This document shows, piece after piece, positions 11,749 through 22,972 of a stretch of 64,000 bases of DNA. The DNA is from Amoebophrya sp. A120. Lineage: Eukaryota; Protista; Dinoflagellata. Each line of letters starts with the position of its first letter. Within the stretch, counting starts at the first letter, position 1. The position numbers and the translations under genes were made by a program. The notes beneath the pieces are model-generated. The model had not been told where the DNA came from. It saw only the letters and a list, made by a program, of their open reading frames with translations, and searched no databases. The DNA is taken from positions 5,744,828 through 5,808,827 of the forward strand of contig CAJINV010000004.1 of the NCBI GenBank assembly GCA_905178155.1, in the 5' to 3' direction.

Positions 11749-13119
11749 GATCTGTATAAATCGTTGTTCCAGCGCTTGTGCGATGATTATTGAGCGGAGC
11801 TATAATTTATTCGCAGCGTATAGATGATCTTTTTGGTTTTTACCTTGATTTTTATTGTCCAAAAATACAGATAGAGCTCCTCTCACGGTCCTTTTATCTT
11901 GCCTCTTCTAGGCACGGCTTTAGTCCGATCGTCGGGCATTATAGGCATGATAACTTCTTCCTTTTGCTTTCCTTCTTTGCGCCGGCCACAACAAGAAAAA
12001 AACGAAACTTTCTTTTGGGTAGAAAAAGACCGCTATTCGACGATGAATACACACCTACAGTGCAAGCGGGAAATATAGTTACATGTACACTGAGCGGAAG
12101 CGGAAGCGCGGCGGGTTACAAAAGTAAAACGACCTCCACTTAGCGACAGCTTTGTATGTGAAACGGTGGAGGTACTAACGGTATGCGTATGCCCATGCGG
12201 TGCAAAATAAAAATGAAAATACTAGGGTAAAAAGCTCAGGGTCAGGAAAAACAACAAAATGGATCACCACATTATCATCATCCCCGCGTGGGGACCGAGA
12301 AGATTGTGGTTTACAGTCAGTGATGCCTCGTCACAAGAGTTTATGGGTTAGGGTTCTTTTGTGGACCTGTAAATTCCTTTATAATTTGGATTTCCTCCTC
12401 CTGCTCGCGACTCGAGTTGACAGTGACACCGCCTCAATGAGCTACATCCGTCTGCTTGTTATCATCTCGCAGTACTATGGTACCTCTTGTGAAGAAGAAG
12501 TCCTCGACCTCGTAAGAGGTAACAACAGAAACAAATACAAATAGTACTGCATCAGCATCTTCGTGTTCAAGCTCACAGTGCTGATACTTGTTCGTTGATA
12601 TCGTTTGTGAAGACAACCATGGTTGATAAATTATTTGGTCGTGGTGCGTGACGAACACACTGTCGCATTTCTCGAAAGATTTGTTCCGCTCGGCCCTGTA
12701 CTAGTGCGGGAAAAGTCATATTGTGTACTTTCGCGCGCCCATTTTCAAAGTGCAAAGAACGAAGTGTTCATATTGTACACGAAGCAAAATATTGTAAACA
12801 AAGCACTCAAGCAAAGAATAGCCGCTCCAAATGGTCGGTTATCGAAAAGAATAGCAGCTTGAAGTCGGTCATCCAAAATCGTTTTCCTCCAGGTAGTGGT
12901 AGCTGAACCTATCATACAGTGTAGTCCTACTTCTGTAGTACCGTGTTCTTGCAAAGACGCTTCAATTGAAGTAGAGCCTCGTCTGCGGAAAAGAGGAGCT
13001 CAGCGAAAATAAGCTGCAGTTACACATACACTACGAGCTCGAAATTTTCTGTTTCCCAAGAATTATTTCCCCAACATTATACAACAAACAGAAACTTCTA
13101 CTACACTATTCAAGTCTTT

Positions 13120-16101
13120 CTATCTGGCCGCGCCAAACGTTTGTATTACCGCCTGAATCGGGTCCCGGCAGATGGGGCACAGCGGTTGGCGGCTGTAGTA
13201 GATTTTGTTCGCGCAGGCGTAGCAACAGACCGTGTGTCCGGTCGAACCGTGGACGAACGTGGCCAGGTCGGATTTTTCCGCCAAACAGGTCACACACTGT
13301 GTGGCGGCGGTGTTGGTTCTTTTCGAAGATAAAGATTCTGCAGGCTGTCCTTTCAAATAATTCGTATTCGATGACAGGTTGCTTCTCGGAGAGCAAAGCG
13401 TTGGTTGAGGACCTACATCAACCGGTGCACAGGTTATTGCACCTTGATCTGCTTCGTCGAAATTCAGAACCCGCGGCTGGAGGAAGAGTTTATTTCGATC
13501 TCCGTTGTTGTTCGTGTTCGGCGTCCTCAGAGTCGGCAAATCCGGAAAAATCTGTTCCTCGATGAGAAAAGCCGCCAGCGGGATGTGCAAGGGGAACTGG
13601 AGGCCGTTGAGCGCAGTGCCGCTGATTTTCAGAAACAATGTGTCGAAGAAGTTTTGCTTCGTCGTGGCCGGCGTGGTCGACGTCGCTCGGTTATGATGCG
13701 TATTGAGATTGTTCATTTTGTGGGCGTCGACGTCGTCTTCTGAATATTGGGTTGCATTCTCCAGCTGCAAAGCCTCTGCCGTGGTCAAAGCCGACGGCGG
13801 GCCTTGTCGACTGGTATTTCCAAGGTTCAAGATTTCCCGCGCTTCTTTGATCCCCTGCGACTGGATTTGGACCCGGCGTCTGTGGCGCGCCTTCGCTTTC
13901 TGCAGCTTTAGCAGCTCCCCGATGCCCTCGAAGGCCAGGTGGGCGAGGTAGGACGAACGGGGAGGAGTTTGTAGTTCTTGTTGCACCTTGTCTAGTACTT
14001 CATCGACGTCCCTTCTTTGCATGAACGTTCTCGAGGGTGTCGTTCCTGTGCTTGCTTCGAAACCTTGAAAATCTTGCATATTAAAAGTAGGCTCTACTTC
14101 TCCCATCATCTGATGCAAGCGGAAGTATTTGACCGGAAAGCTTTCCTTGACCGGTTCCCGGGCCAGCTCCTCCGAAAAAAAAGCCGCTTCCTCCGCCAAC
14201 GAGGTAGTTTGAGTTCGCGCTTGATGTCCACCTCGCTGCTTCGAAAGTATTTTCCGCAGGTTTCCAACGACACCCGCATCGTAGGAACAGAGAGTCACCG
14301 CAAAACGCAAGGCGGCAGCGTCTTGCTCAGGTATATTTCGGAAGTGGCACAGCACGCGTAGCGAATTTTCGTCCTTGAAACACTCCAGGACCCGCAGCTG
14401 CGCTTGTTGATACGCTCCTCGGTCGTGCTGGTCTGGGTTTTTTGAAAGGCTTGATGTCGCACTACCTCCCGTCGCATTTGTTCTTTCCAGTAAAGCTCCA
14501 CCGAGGGGCACGGAAAGCGAGTCGATCGGCTGCAAGAACCCTGCTCCGGAAGTAGATCGCTGGCGCACGTTTGCGGCCAGATCACTCGTGCCCCCGGCGC
14601 TGCTGGCTTCACCTCCAGAGGACCGCAAGTTGACCTGTTCGCCGGAAGATGAATAGTAATCTGACGATCTTGATGTTGTTGATGGCAGTGCGCTGGCATT
14701 GACTTGTCGTTGCGGGCTTTGGTCGCCCGGGGAGCAATTGTACTGGTAATATTCATCTGGGTTCACAGACGAGCTCAGCGCATCGTCTGGCGACGAGGAA
14801 GGAGGTATCAGGCCCAGGGTTGTAGTTCCCCTTGATGCCGTCCGTCCTCTCGTGCTAGAAGTACTCGTCGTCGTCCCACCATGTGGAAGTTGTTGATCCA
14901 CGACTGTGCTGGCTGCCGTCGTTGGTGTCGCTCTTCTAGATAGAGAAAAAGAAGTAGATGCAGGAGCTGCCCCTGTTGATGAAGCACGGCCCGCTCCTGC
15001 GGTTCTTGCTGTGGACTTTCCATCTGCAGTCGGAGCTCCCGCTCCCGGCGAGAAACTACTCCAGGGATTATTGCTTGGCGTAGTCGTTGTACTGGCCACA
15101 CGACGACCTTGGTTAGAACTACCGGTATAATTATTTCCGAATTCCGCGCTCGTAATCTGTTGCGCAGCCAATGAGCCCACCGTCCCCTTCGATCCGGAGC
15201 TGTTCCGTCTTGTAGCCGCAGAACTCGTACAGCCTAAGACACTCAGATACCCGTCTAGGTTCAGCACCGTCCAGCCGGGGCCAAACTCGAAAAAGTAGCT
15301 GCCGGCGGTGGTGGTGAGCTCCTTTTTGACATCCTCCTCGGAAATGCGGAAAACGAGCGTGCCCTCCAGAATCTCCCGCATCTTCGACAGATTTTTACGA
15401 CCACCGCCTGAAGTTGGAGAGGTACCGTTATTCTTATTTGTCGGTGATGAAGAACTTCGTTGTGCAGCTGGTGTAGGACCTGCACCTTGTAGAAGTCCGC
15501 CTGCTGCTCGGGGTACTGGTTCTGGAGTGGTTCGACTTCCGGTCATCTTTGTACTACTTGGATCTCGAAGATCGTCTTCCTGATAGCCCTGCTCCAGACC
15601 AGCATTCATTTCATTTCCGTCCTCTCTACCAGTTGTACTACCATCCTCGCCGTCGCCACCCTGTCTCCCGCCTTGCCACAACTTCATCCGAAACATTTCT
15701 TCCTCCGAAGTCACCCGTCCCAGCTTCGTGCGAACCAGCTTGGTCTGCAGAAAGTGCACCGGGGCCCGCTCGTGCAGGGGGCCCAAAACCCGCGCCTGCG
15801 ACCCCGGCTGGCCGATTAAGGATGACAGAGCGCTGTTCGATGAGGTCGTGGTAGGAGTTGTTGTGTTGATCACCTGGTCGCCCTCCACACAAAACTGCAG
15901 TACCAGCTCGCCCTGGTTCCGCCGCCAGTCGATGTGCTCGAAGAAGCACGCGTAGCTGGTTCCGGGGAGCTGCACCATCTGCTTCGTCTCACGATCGTTC
16001 TGGAACCTACGTCTGTTGCGTCGGGAAGAGGACGTCGCGTGGTCGTCCCGACCCTCGTCGTCAGAACTCGTGTTCCCGTTACCGAAAAACAAGGACCACA
16101 T
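13120..16101 (-). CDS. RING-finger protein (MDM2-type C2H2C4), probable E3 ubiquitin ligase, 993 aa
   Basis: C-terminal CVTC...FVHGSTGHTVCCYACA...CPICRDPIQAVI. Long Ser/Thr-rich disordered middle. Intronless. Confidence 0.85.
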   Translation of the reverse strand: MWSLFFGNGNTSSDDEGRDDHATSSSRRNRRRFQNDRETKQMVQLPGTSYACFFEHIDWRRNQGELVLQFCVEGDQVINTTTPTTTSSNSALSSLIGQPGSQARVLGPLHERAPVHFLQTKLVRTKLGRVTSEEEMFRMKLWQGGRQGGDGEDGSTTGREDGNEMNAGLEQGYQEDDLRDPSSTKMTGSRTTPEPVPRAAGGLLQGAGPTPAAQRSSSSPTNKNNGTSPTSGGGRKNLSKMREILEGTLVFRISEEDVKKELTTTAGSYFFEFGPGWTVLNLDGYLSVLGCTSSAATRRNSSGSKGTVGSLAAQQITSAEFGNNYTGSSNQGRRVASTTTTPSNNPWSSFSPGAGAPTADGKSTARTAGAGRASSTGAAPASTSFSLSRRATPTTAASTVVDQQLPHGGTTTSTSSTRGRTASRGTTTLGLIPPSSSPDDALSSSVNPDEYYQYNCSPGDQSPQRQVNASALPSTTSRSSDYYSSSGEQVNLRSSGGEASSAGGTSDLAANVRQRSTSGAGFLQPIDSLSVPLGGALLERTNATGGSATSSLSKNPDQHDRGAYQQAQLRVLECFKDENSLRVLCHFRNIPEQDAAALRFAVTLCSYDAGVVGNLRKILSKQRGGHQARTQTTSLAEEAAFFSEELAREPVKESFPVKYFRLHQMMGEVEPTFNMQDFQGFEASTGTTPSRTFMQRRDVDEVLDKVQQELQTPPRSSYLAHLAFEGIGELLKLQKAKARHRRRVQIQSQGIKEAREILNLGNTSRQGPPSALTTAEALQLENATQYSEDDVDAHKMNNLNTHHNRATSTTPATTKQNFFDTLFLKISGTALNGLQFPLHIPLAAFLIEEQIFPDLPTLRTPNTNNNGDRNKLFLQPRVLNFDEADQGAITCAPVDVGPQPTLCSPRSNLSSNTNYLKGQPAESLSSKRTNTAATQCVTCLAEKSDLATFVHGSTGHTVCCYACANKIYYSRQPLCPICRDPIQAVIQTFGAAR

Positions 16102-16207
16102 TTTGATTTTTGTTTTTCTTCGATTTCTCGACTTGGATGCGACAAGGAATAAAGAGGGTCGACGCCCCGTCGCCGTCCCACTCGTCCGTCGTAGATAGAG
16201 TTAAAAA

Positions 16208-16504
16208 TCACAACTCCTTCAGCGGCGTGACCTTATTGTCGTCCAAAACGCGTTTGATTCCGGTGAATGCGAAAAAACAGATAAACAGCACGTAGAGCAG
16301 GTAGCCGTACAATTTCAGGAACCACTCCGACCGCTCGCGTTCCAGCTGCTCGTGGTAGCTCTGCTTCAGTTTTTTCGGCGACAGTATTTGAGGTCCTGCT
16401 TCGAGGCTACTGTTTTCAGAATTAGACGCTAGCAACGTGCGGTAGTTTGTTCTTACGGGGGCTCTAGCTGCTCGCGAGGAAGAGGAGGAAAAAAGGTATT
16501 GCAT
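16208..16504 (-). CDS. Small single-pass membrane protein (~98 aa), possible mitochondrial transit peptide
   Basis: ATG at 16504. Ser/Arg-rich N-terminus and hydrophobic helix LYGYLLYVLFICFFAFTGI. Confidence 0.5.
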   Translation of the reverse strand: MQYLFSSSSSRAARAPVRTNYRTLLASNSENSSLEAGPQILSPKKLKQSYHEQLERERSEWFLKLYGYLLYVLFICFFAFTGIKRVLDDNKVTPLKEL

Positions 16505-17103
16505 CTTGTTGTTGTTCTTGATAAAGGACGAAATGCTGGAAAAGTATATTCTTCTTTCGTGCAAAAGGGTAGCAAAGTGGCGTTGCACAACTATATGGGA
16601 AAGAGGTGTAGCTGTAGATCTTGTTGGGGTAGATGTGGGTGGAATTGAACTCGTAGCCTGGTGATTTTCGTCAATTTTTGTCAGTAGTACAACTGATGAA
16701 CGTTGGTACTACAACAAATGCACACAATGTCGATGACATGTCGGTTTCTATAGCGGACGAAAAAGGTGCGTTTTGCTTTTGGTTTTCTACTTTGGGCACC
16801 TCTACTCCATCTCTCATTTTGCGTGCTGTACGAAGGTATGCGGGACGAGGTCGAGAAGAGAGTATGATTACGAGAGCACGACGAGCGCGAATAAAGTCAA
16901 CGATTGCACGACCGCTTGGCCGCGGCTAATTGCCTCAATGTCTGCGCAGAACGAGGAACACGTAGTACTTACGCATATTCGTAGTTATGTTGCGGCTACT
17001 TCATCAACAACATTTTTACAACGTCTTCTTGCGCGCCACAACAGCACGAACGAAGATGTCCTTGTAGAAAGATACGCGATAAAATACTGAATGCATTTCG
17101 GAA

Positions 17104-17965
17104 TTATAATAGGTTTATTAGTGTCTGGCGCCAGCCAAGGGAGTACAGCGCAACTTTTCAAGGGAGTCAAGGGAGTAAGTTAAAAAAGCAGTCGCGCGCG
17201 CCAATGCGATGGCCATATAGCAAAAATTTTTCGCGGCGCGCGCTGCGCGCGCGCGAGTCGACATGTGTGCGCACACCACAAAAATTTTTCGGGCCGCGCG
17301 CTGCGCGCGCGCGCGGCGAGGCACGTGCAACATGTAGGACATACGCCCACATGTGGGAATGTTGCGAAGCATCAATGCGAAGCAGGCTGCATATGCTACG
17401 CGTGTGGGCCTCACACTTGCGGCGCGCTCCGACGGCCGCTGCAACTCTTTCCCGATTGAAGAAAGTCGAAGTGGCCGCTGCAACATTTCCACTTCATTCG
17501 TATTCTCTGCTCGGCATGACGTTGAATCTGGTCACGCAGAACCTCGCGCGAAAGATCTCGATAAGCAAATTGCTGAGGTGGCTGCCTCAACTTCCCCTGG
17601 ACAGCGGAAACTTGACATGGCCACGGCAACAGTTTACGCGGTCCTTCGGCTCCACGCTCTATGTTGCCAGGCAGAGGCCAGGCCGCCCCGGCGACTTCTG
17701 TTTACGGGGGCTACTCTAGAAGCCCTCACCTTCTTCAAGAGGCCAGGACCTTCGGCAGCGAGCCAAAGCCTAAACGCGGCCAAAACTGGGGCCGCAGCGG
17801 GGGGGGCAGCAGGGCCCAAACCGGTGGCCGGTAAATGCGCCCATAGCATGGATTTTTGCGATGATTTTAGGGGAGGCAATTTGTACAAGTTTTATCTTCC
17901 TCCCTTGGCTCCCTTGACTCCCTTCGAAGTTTCACTCCCTTGCCTATAAAATACTCTATTATAAA
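17104..17965. mobile_element. Intergenic MITE-like element with inverted AAGGGAG subterminal arrays
   Basis: TTATAATAG / CTATTATAA ends. AAGGGAG x3 on the left and CTCCCTT x4 on the right. GC-rich core with a duplicated CAAAAATTTTT..GCGCGCTGCGCGCGCGCG. Confidence 0.6.
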
Positions 17966-18124
17966 GCTTGGCTTTGAGAAGCAATTTATTCGGTGTCAAT
18001 CTGCAGTTTCCATTCTTTTACATTCATGTCCTTTTCCTGTTTGGCGGTTGTGGAAAACCACAGCCGGCGATACTGCCTGATGAGTGAATAAAAATTGCAT
18101 CAAAACAACTCAAGAAGCTCTTCA

Positions 18125-20906
18125 TCATTTCTGCCCCCCCTCCACAACTTCCAGCAAGATCTTCGCGCCCTTGACCTTTTTCCCCTCCTTCTCCGCATTT
18201 TGTATCGGCTTCTTGAGGGCAACGGCCGCTGCTCGCAAAAGCTCGTTCTGGCTGGTTTTGTACGCTTCAATGAGCAGGTACACTCGCGGCGAAAGAACCT
18301 GATAATTTTTTGGTGAAGATTTTTGCGTTTTGCTTTTTTATCATGATCGCTGTCCTCTGCCTCGGGTCGTCGTCGTTTCTCAAAGTCAATAAACAAGACT
18401 GAAGCTCTTGAACAACAAGAGCGCCAGTTCTTCTAATAATTCAAACACGTCTACGTACTAAAATTTTTTATAAACAGTCGTACCATTTCCTTGAAGAACC
18501 CTTCTCCCTGGTCCTCGACATAGGCGTAGAGTGCTTCCGCCAGCACCTTGGACTCCTTCAGCAGCGCTAACAAAATCGGTAGCCCCGCCGAGCTGTCCAT
18601 CAGCAAGGATTTCACCTGGGATTCTTCCTCGGAGAACAACTTCTTGCATAACTCGTCCTCGTTTTCCCTCAAAAAACACCCCGCAATGTCCGCCAAAATG
18701 CGGTGCTGCAGCGCGTTGGAGTAGCCGCCGCACTGCTCGATCGTTTTTTGTAGCAGTGGTGCGGCGTACTTCTTCAACTCCAGCCTGCGCTTCTCCGGAT
18801 CCTTCAACGAGCTGGGGGCGGGTATGGATTGCAAAAGTGTCTGGGTCTGGAAGGTTGGAACTTGTCATGCTAAATCAGAATCATGCAAAAATCTGTGTTG
18901 CATGATTACCAAATGCTGTCCACTTTTGATCAAGTTGAGAGGCAGTTTGTCATGCAGGATAGGCATGATAGTGATCTCACGGAATGTGTCATGCTACGTA
19001 CTCCATTACAGATCATATGGGTCATGCAAAACATGCATGACAAGTCTCAGAATCTTCCAGACCCAGACATTTGTGCAATCCATAGCGGGCAGGCTGATGC
19101 AATGTTCCATCTCGTATGGACTGAAGCGTAGAGTTGTCGCGGGCAAAACGCAGGCGTAGAGGATCTTTTTCACGTAGTTGTTGTCCTGCAGCAGGGAGGC
19201 AAGAGACACGTCGTCCGTTGAAGTGGAAGATTTTTCTCCACCACCGCCATTTGTGAGGATCTCGGCGAGAATCTGCTTTTGCGCCAAAACCGTGTCGTCC
19301 AGAGTCAGTAACAGTCGCAGCACGATCAGGTAGCACACGTTGTTTTGTGCCATGTCCTTGAATTTGCCCTTGAATAATTTCAAAACCTGCTTCTTCTGTT
19401 TCGCGGAGTAGAAGCCCAGCATCTTGCACAGGGCCTCGCTGCCGAACTTCGTCTGCAGTAAATGTGGCACGGCGTCGATCGGGAAACGCTCGGAATCGAT
19501 AAATTGCCGGAGCATAGCGTATTTTTGATTCTGTTCTTGATCTCCTGCTTTGTCATCTTTTTGTTCCAGTTCTTTCTCCCCCACCAGCAGTAGAACCTGC
19601 AGGAAGAGGGCGAGAATGCCGTGGGTGATCGGCTGGTCCCAGAGTTCCTTGTCTGTGCACTTATCCACGAGTTCGGACAAATGGGGTACCAAATGTTGCT
19701 TCAGAACCTCCGTTTCCATCGCCGTCACCTGCGTGCTCAGCTTCGCGTTGCAGTTGTAGGTTTCCTTGTTCATCTGCAGCAGCGAGATCTGGCGCGGGAC
19801 GAGAACCTTGTTGAGTAACAGGTTTTTCGTCTTCTGGTTCAGAAACGCGCAGTTGTACAGGTTGGAAAAGCACTTGCAGCCGAATTTGTGGAAGAAGAGT
19901 TTGGAGAACTTGTTCTCGTTCAGGTCCAATAACGGCTTTATCCTGAGTAAAAACGTCCACACCCCATAGTCAACATGGGAAATCTGCTAGACAAATCTAC
20001 GAACTTAGGTTGCTGCGCATGACAAGTTTGGCCTCGTAGTGTAGTGCTGTTTAGCTCGTTCAGAAGCATCACAAATCTGACCTACTATGCTGATTGGAGC
20101 ATTACAAATTTCAAAACACGATTGGGAATTGCTTCTCAAGGGTCTCCGCATGAGAAACATTTGCCGCCTGCGTTCTTGCATTACAACTATGGCGTGGGGA
20201 CGTTTTTACATATGATAGGCTTCAAAATCTTCTCGATGATCTTCTCCTGCTCCTTTTTCGCGGTTAAAGACATCGGCTGCGGCTTGGAAAAGGATGCATT
20301 TTTGTTCGTTGTTGTACTATCAGCACTGTTGTCTCCGGTTTCGACCTTCGGACAGTACCGCAAAATCTTCTCGACCAGCATTCCTCCCGCGCTGGGGCCG
20401 CAGATCAGGTCCGGGATCTCGTTGACAAAAAAGTCCAGAATTTTGGTCCGTTGGTTCCGGGTGCCGTGCTTCAACATGGCCTGCAGGCACCGGCTGCCGT
20501 CGCTGCTGGTGCCCAGCTGGATCTTGGGCATGTTGGACTTTTTCTCCACCATCTTTATCATGTCCGTCACGAGGCGCTCCGTGTTGCGCGGCTTTTTGCT
20601 GTTCTGCAGCTCATTGTACTTTAAGTTCAATTCATATAGAAAACCAGACTTTTTCTTCTCCGATTTATTGTCCTTCGTCTCTTCGGTGGATTTATTGTCC
20701 TTGTTTGGCGTGTTCTTGTTTCCGCTGGCGGTGGGCGTCTGCTCCGCTGTAGTTGTGTGGTTGTCTTCTTCGTCTTGCACAGCCGTGGTTGTGCTGCTGT
20801 TGTTGTCGGTACTCTCTTGCTTCACTCGCTTGGCGGTAGCGGAAATAGCCCCGGCGTCGGAAGGAGCGGCGCGCTTCTTCATTTTGCTCGGAGCTGGCTT
20901 CGCCAT
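18125..20906 (-). CDS. PUF6: Pumilio-homology ribosome biogenesis protein PUF6/PUM3-like
   Basis: Motifs DGSRCLQAMLKHGT, LFFHKFG, YSAKQKKQVLKLFKG, LDDTVL, SSLKDPEKRRLEL and GAKILLE. Introners 19939-20217 and 18823-19084 plus GT-AG intron 18299-18483 all join in frame. Confidence 0.85.
18823..19084. mobile_element. Introner family B (262 bp)
   Basis: TATGGATTGCA ends. Direct repeat GCGGG. Confidence 0.92.
19939..20217. mobile_element. Introner family E (279 bp)
   Basis: TIR TATC..(A/T)GTAAAAACGTCC.CAC.CCATAGT. Direct repeat GGCTT. Confidence 0.9.
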
Positions 20907-21741
20907 AGTGTGCAATTTCTACAGAAGCAAGAAGAGATGGATATTCGTGAAATTTATGTCGCGATGGTTGTCCTTAGCCTTAGACTTAGGAATTTAGGAT
21001 GAAAAACACCGGAAATAATAAAACTCGTAGCTACGCCTGTTGCAATATAGGATCTTCACACGATACTGTGAGTCGATCTACCGAGCCTGGTGGAGAAGAA
21101 AGGAAAAAATATAATGTTCGAACAAATACTTCTTCTTCTCAGACAGCCAAACTACAGACACACAATCACAAACACGACATAAATCGTCCGAGGACGGAGG
21201 AGGTCGAAGATCCTTCTTGATTGTTTCTTGATCATGACTGATTTGAGATCGTTTATAGTATTTTGATCCTTGATTTGATGCCGTTCCTTATCTTCGTGTA
21301 CTGTTGGATCAGACGGACCCGGATCGATTTTACGTAAATACAGTTCAAGCGGATCGTGAGGAAGATCTTCTGCTTCTGTTTCCAGCATCATTTTCTTTCT
21401 TTCTTTCTCACTGCATGTGCCTGGGTGTGGCACCATCGATGGATGACTCACGATCCGTCTCCTCTTTTTCTTGCAGAACAGGATCAGGATGAGGATCTCA
21501 ATATCTGCATGTAGTGCTTTTGCCTTTTAAAGATACAACTACTTGAAGGTGTTTACGTTTCGCGAAATAGTGATTTTCGTACAGGAAAAAGAATTGTTGC
21601 AGAAGTTCTTAGTCGTGGAGCAAAAGTGGGGTGACATCAGCGGGCGTTGTCAACGCAAATGGATGCCACTGGTTGGCAAGTTTACTGCTCGTCGAGAGCA
21701 GAGGAAAGAAAAGACGACCAATAATAGCCGCCGAGGCGGAG

Positions 21742-22444
21742 GTAGTGAGGTCGTGGGCGTTTTTTTGCCGACCGCAGCCTTGGCCGCGGCTTTGCGTTCT
21801 ATGGGCTCGCCATACCGCCGTGAGTAACGTTATGCCGCACGGTATGGCGGCCACTTGGGAAACGTCGCAAATTTTGGAAAATTTCCGAAATTCCTTTCCG
21901 AAAGCCAGCCCCCATGCTATGGGGCCGATCCGGGTGCCACGGGGGGCGCCCAAAAAGCGAAGAAAAATCGGGCCCATAGCATGCGGATTGGCTTTGCGCG
22001 TGCGGGCCGCTTTTTCTTTTTCGCGTTTTTATTTTTCACGCCGGCGCTTTTTGCAAAGCTTCCCAGGCTCTGAAACCGGCGAAAAGGCGGCCGCTTTCGC
22101 GGCCGCCCAAAATGCTCCGAAATCGCGGCCGTGCCATGCTGTTTCGCTGTTCTGATTTTGGACGCGTTTTTTGCGCGCCCCTTTTTGGGCGCCCCAAATC
22201 GCCAGAAACTAAGGCGGTGGCCGCCTCGGAAGGGCGCCCCTTTTGCCGGCTCCCCTGCGTCGTTTTATCCAGTGCGAATCGATAGTCTTCGACCGGGCTT
22301 GTTTGATGGCAAAGCCCCGTCCGCTTGATAATTATAAATTTTTTATGTCAAAAAACGCCTCCGGTCGCTTGAAAACTGCCGGTCGTTTTTCAGGGTAGGT
22401 GTCAAAAAAACTCCCTGGTTAGAACCGTTCGGTGACCTCACTAC
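21742..22444. repeat. Intergenic GC-rich foldback element (candidate MITE)
   Basis: 11-bp inverted ends GTAGTGAGGTC/GACCTCACTAC. Internal hairpins GCCATACCG..CGGTATGGC and CATGCTATGGG.CCGAT..ATCGG.CCCATAGCATG. No TSD seen. Confidence 0.4.
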
Positions 22445-22972
22445 ATATAAAAATCGTGACGAGGGGACAATAAATGAAAGATACTATACAATGAGAAACC
22501 AGTCGGGCAGGACAACTCTTTTCAATGGGGAAGTTTTGATATTGACATGTAGTACGTGTTGAATGCTATTTATTGTTATTCTGGCAGAAACAAAAACTAG
22601 AAATCGAGAACGTCCCTCCAACAACTAGCAAGACATCGGGAGATGATAAATATTGATGACCACGGCGGGGAATAATTCCGTGTAGAAGAAGTTTCTCGTC
22701 GTGTTTCTACTGTACGAAAGGGAAAAAAGGCGCAAAACAAATAGAGGTGATGTTCCACAAATACCTCTTCCACGACAGCACGCCTCATCATCTTTCATCC
22801 CACTTAGCTTGTCGTCGCGAGTACTGTTATTTGCAACTACACAAGTTGTAGCTCCTCCTTCTTTTTACTTCCGGTTGTAGGGCTACTCAATGACAATGAG
22901 ACTGTCCTCGTCTCCCTCTTTTAAGCTTCAACCCTTGATCTCGTTTTCTGATCTCGATCTCGTGCATCGTTT

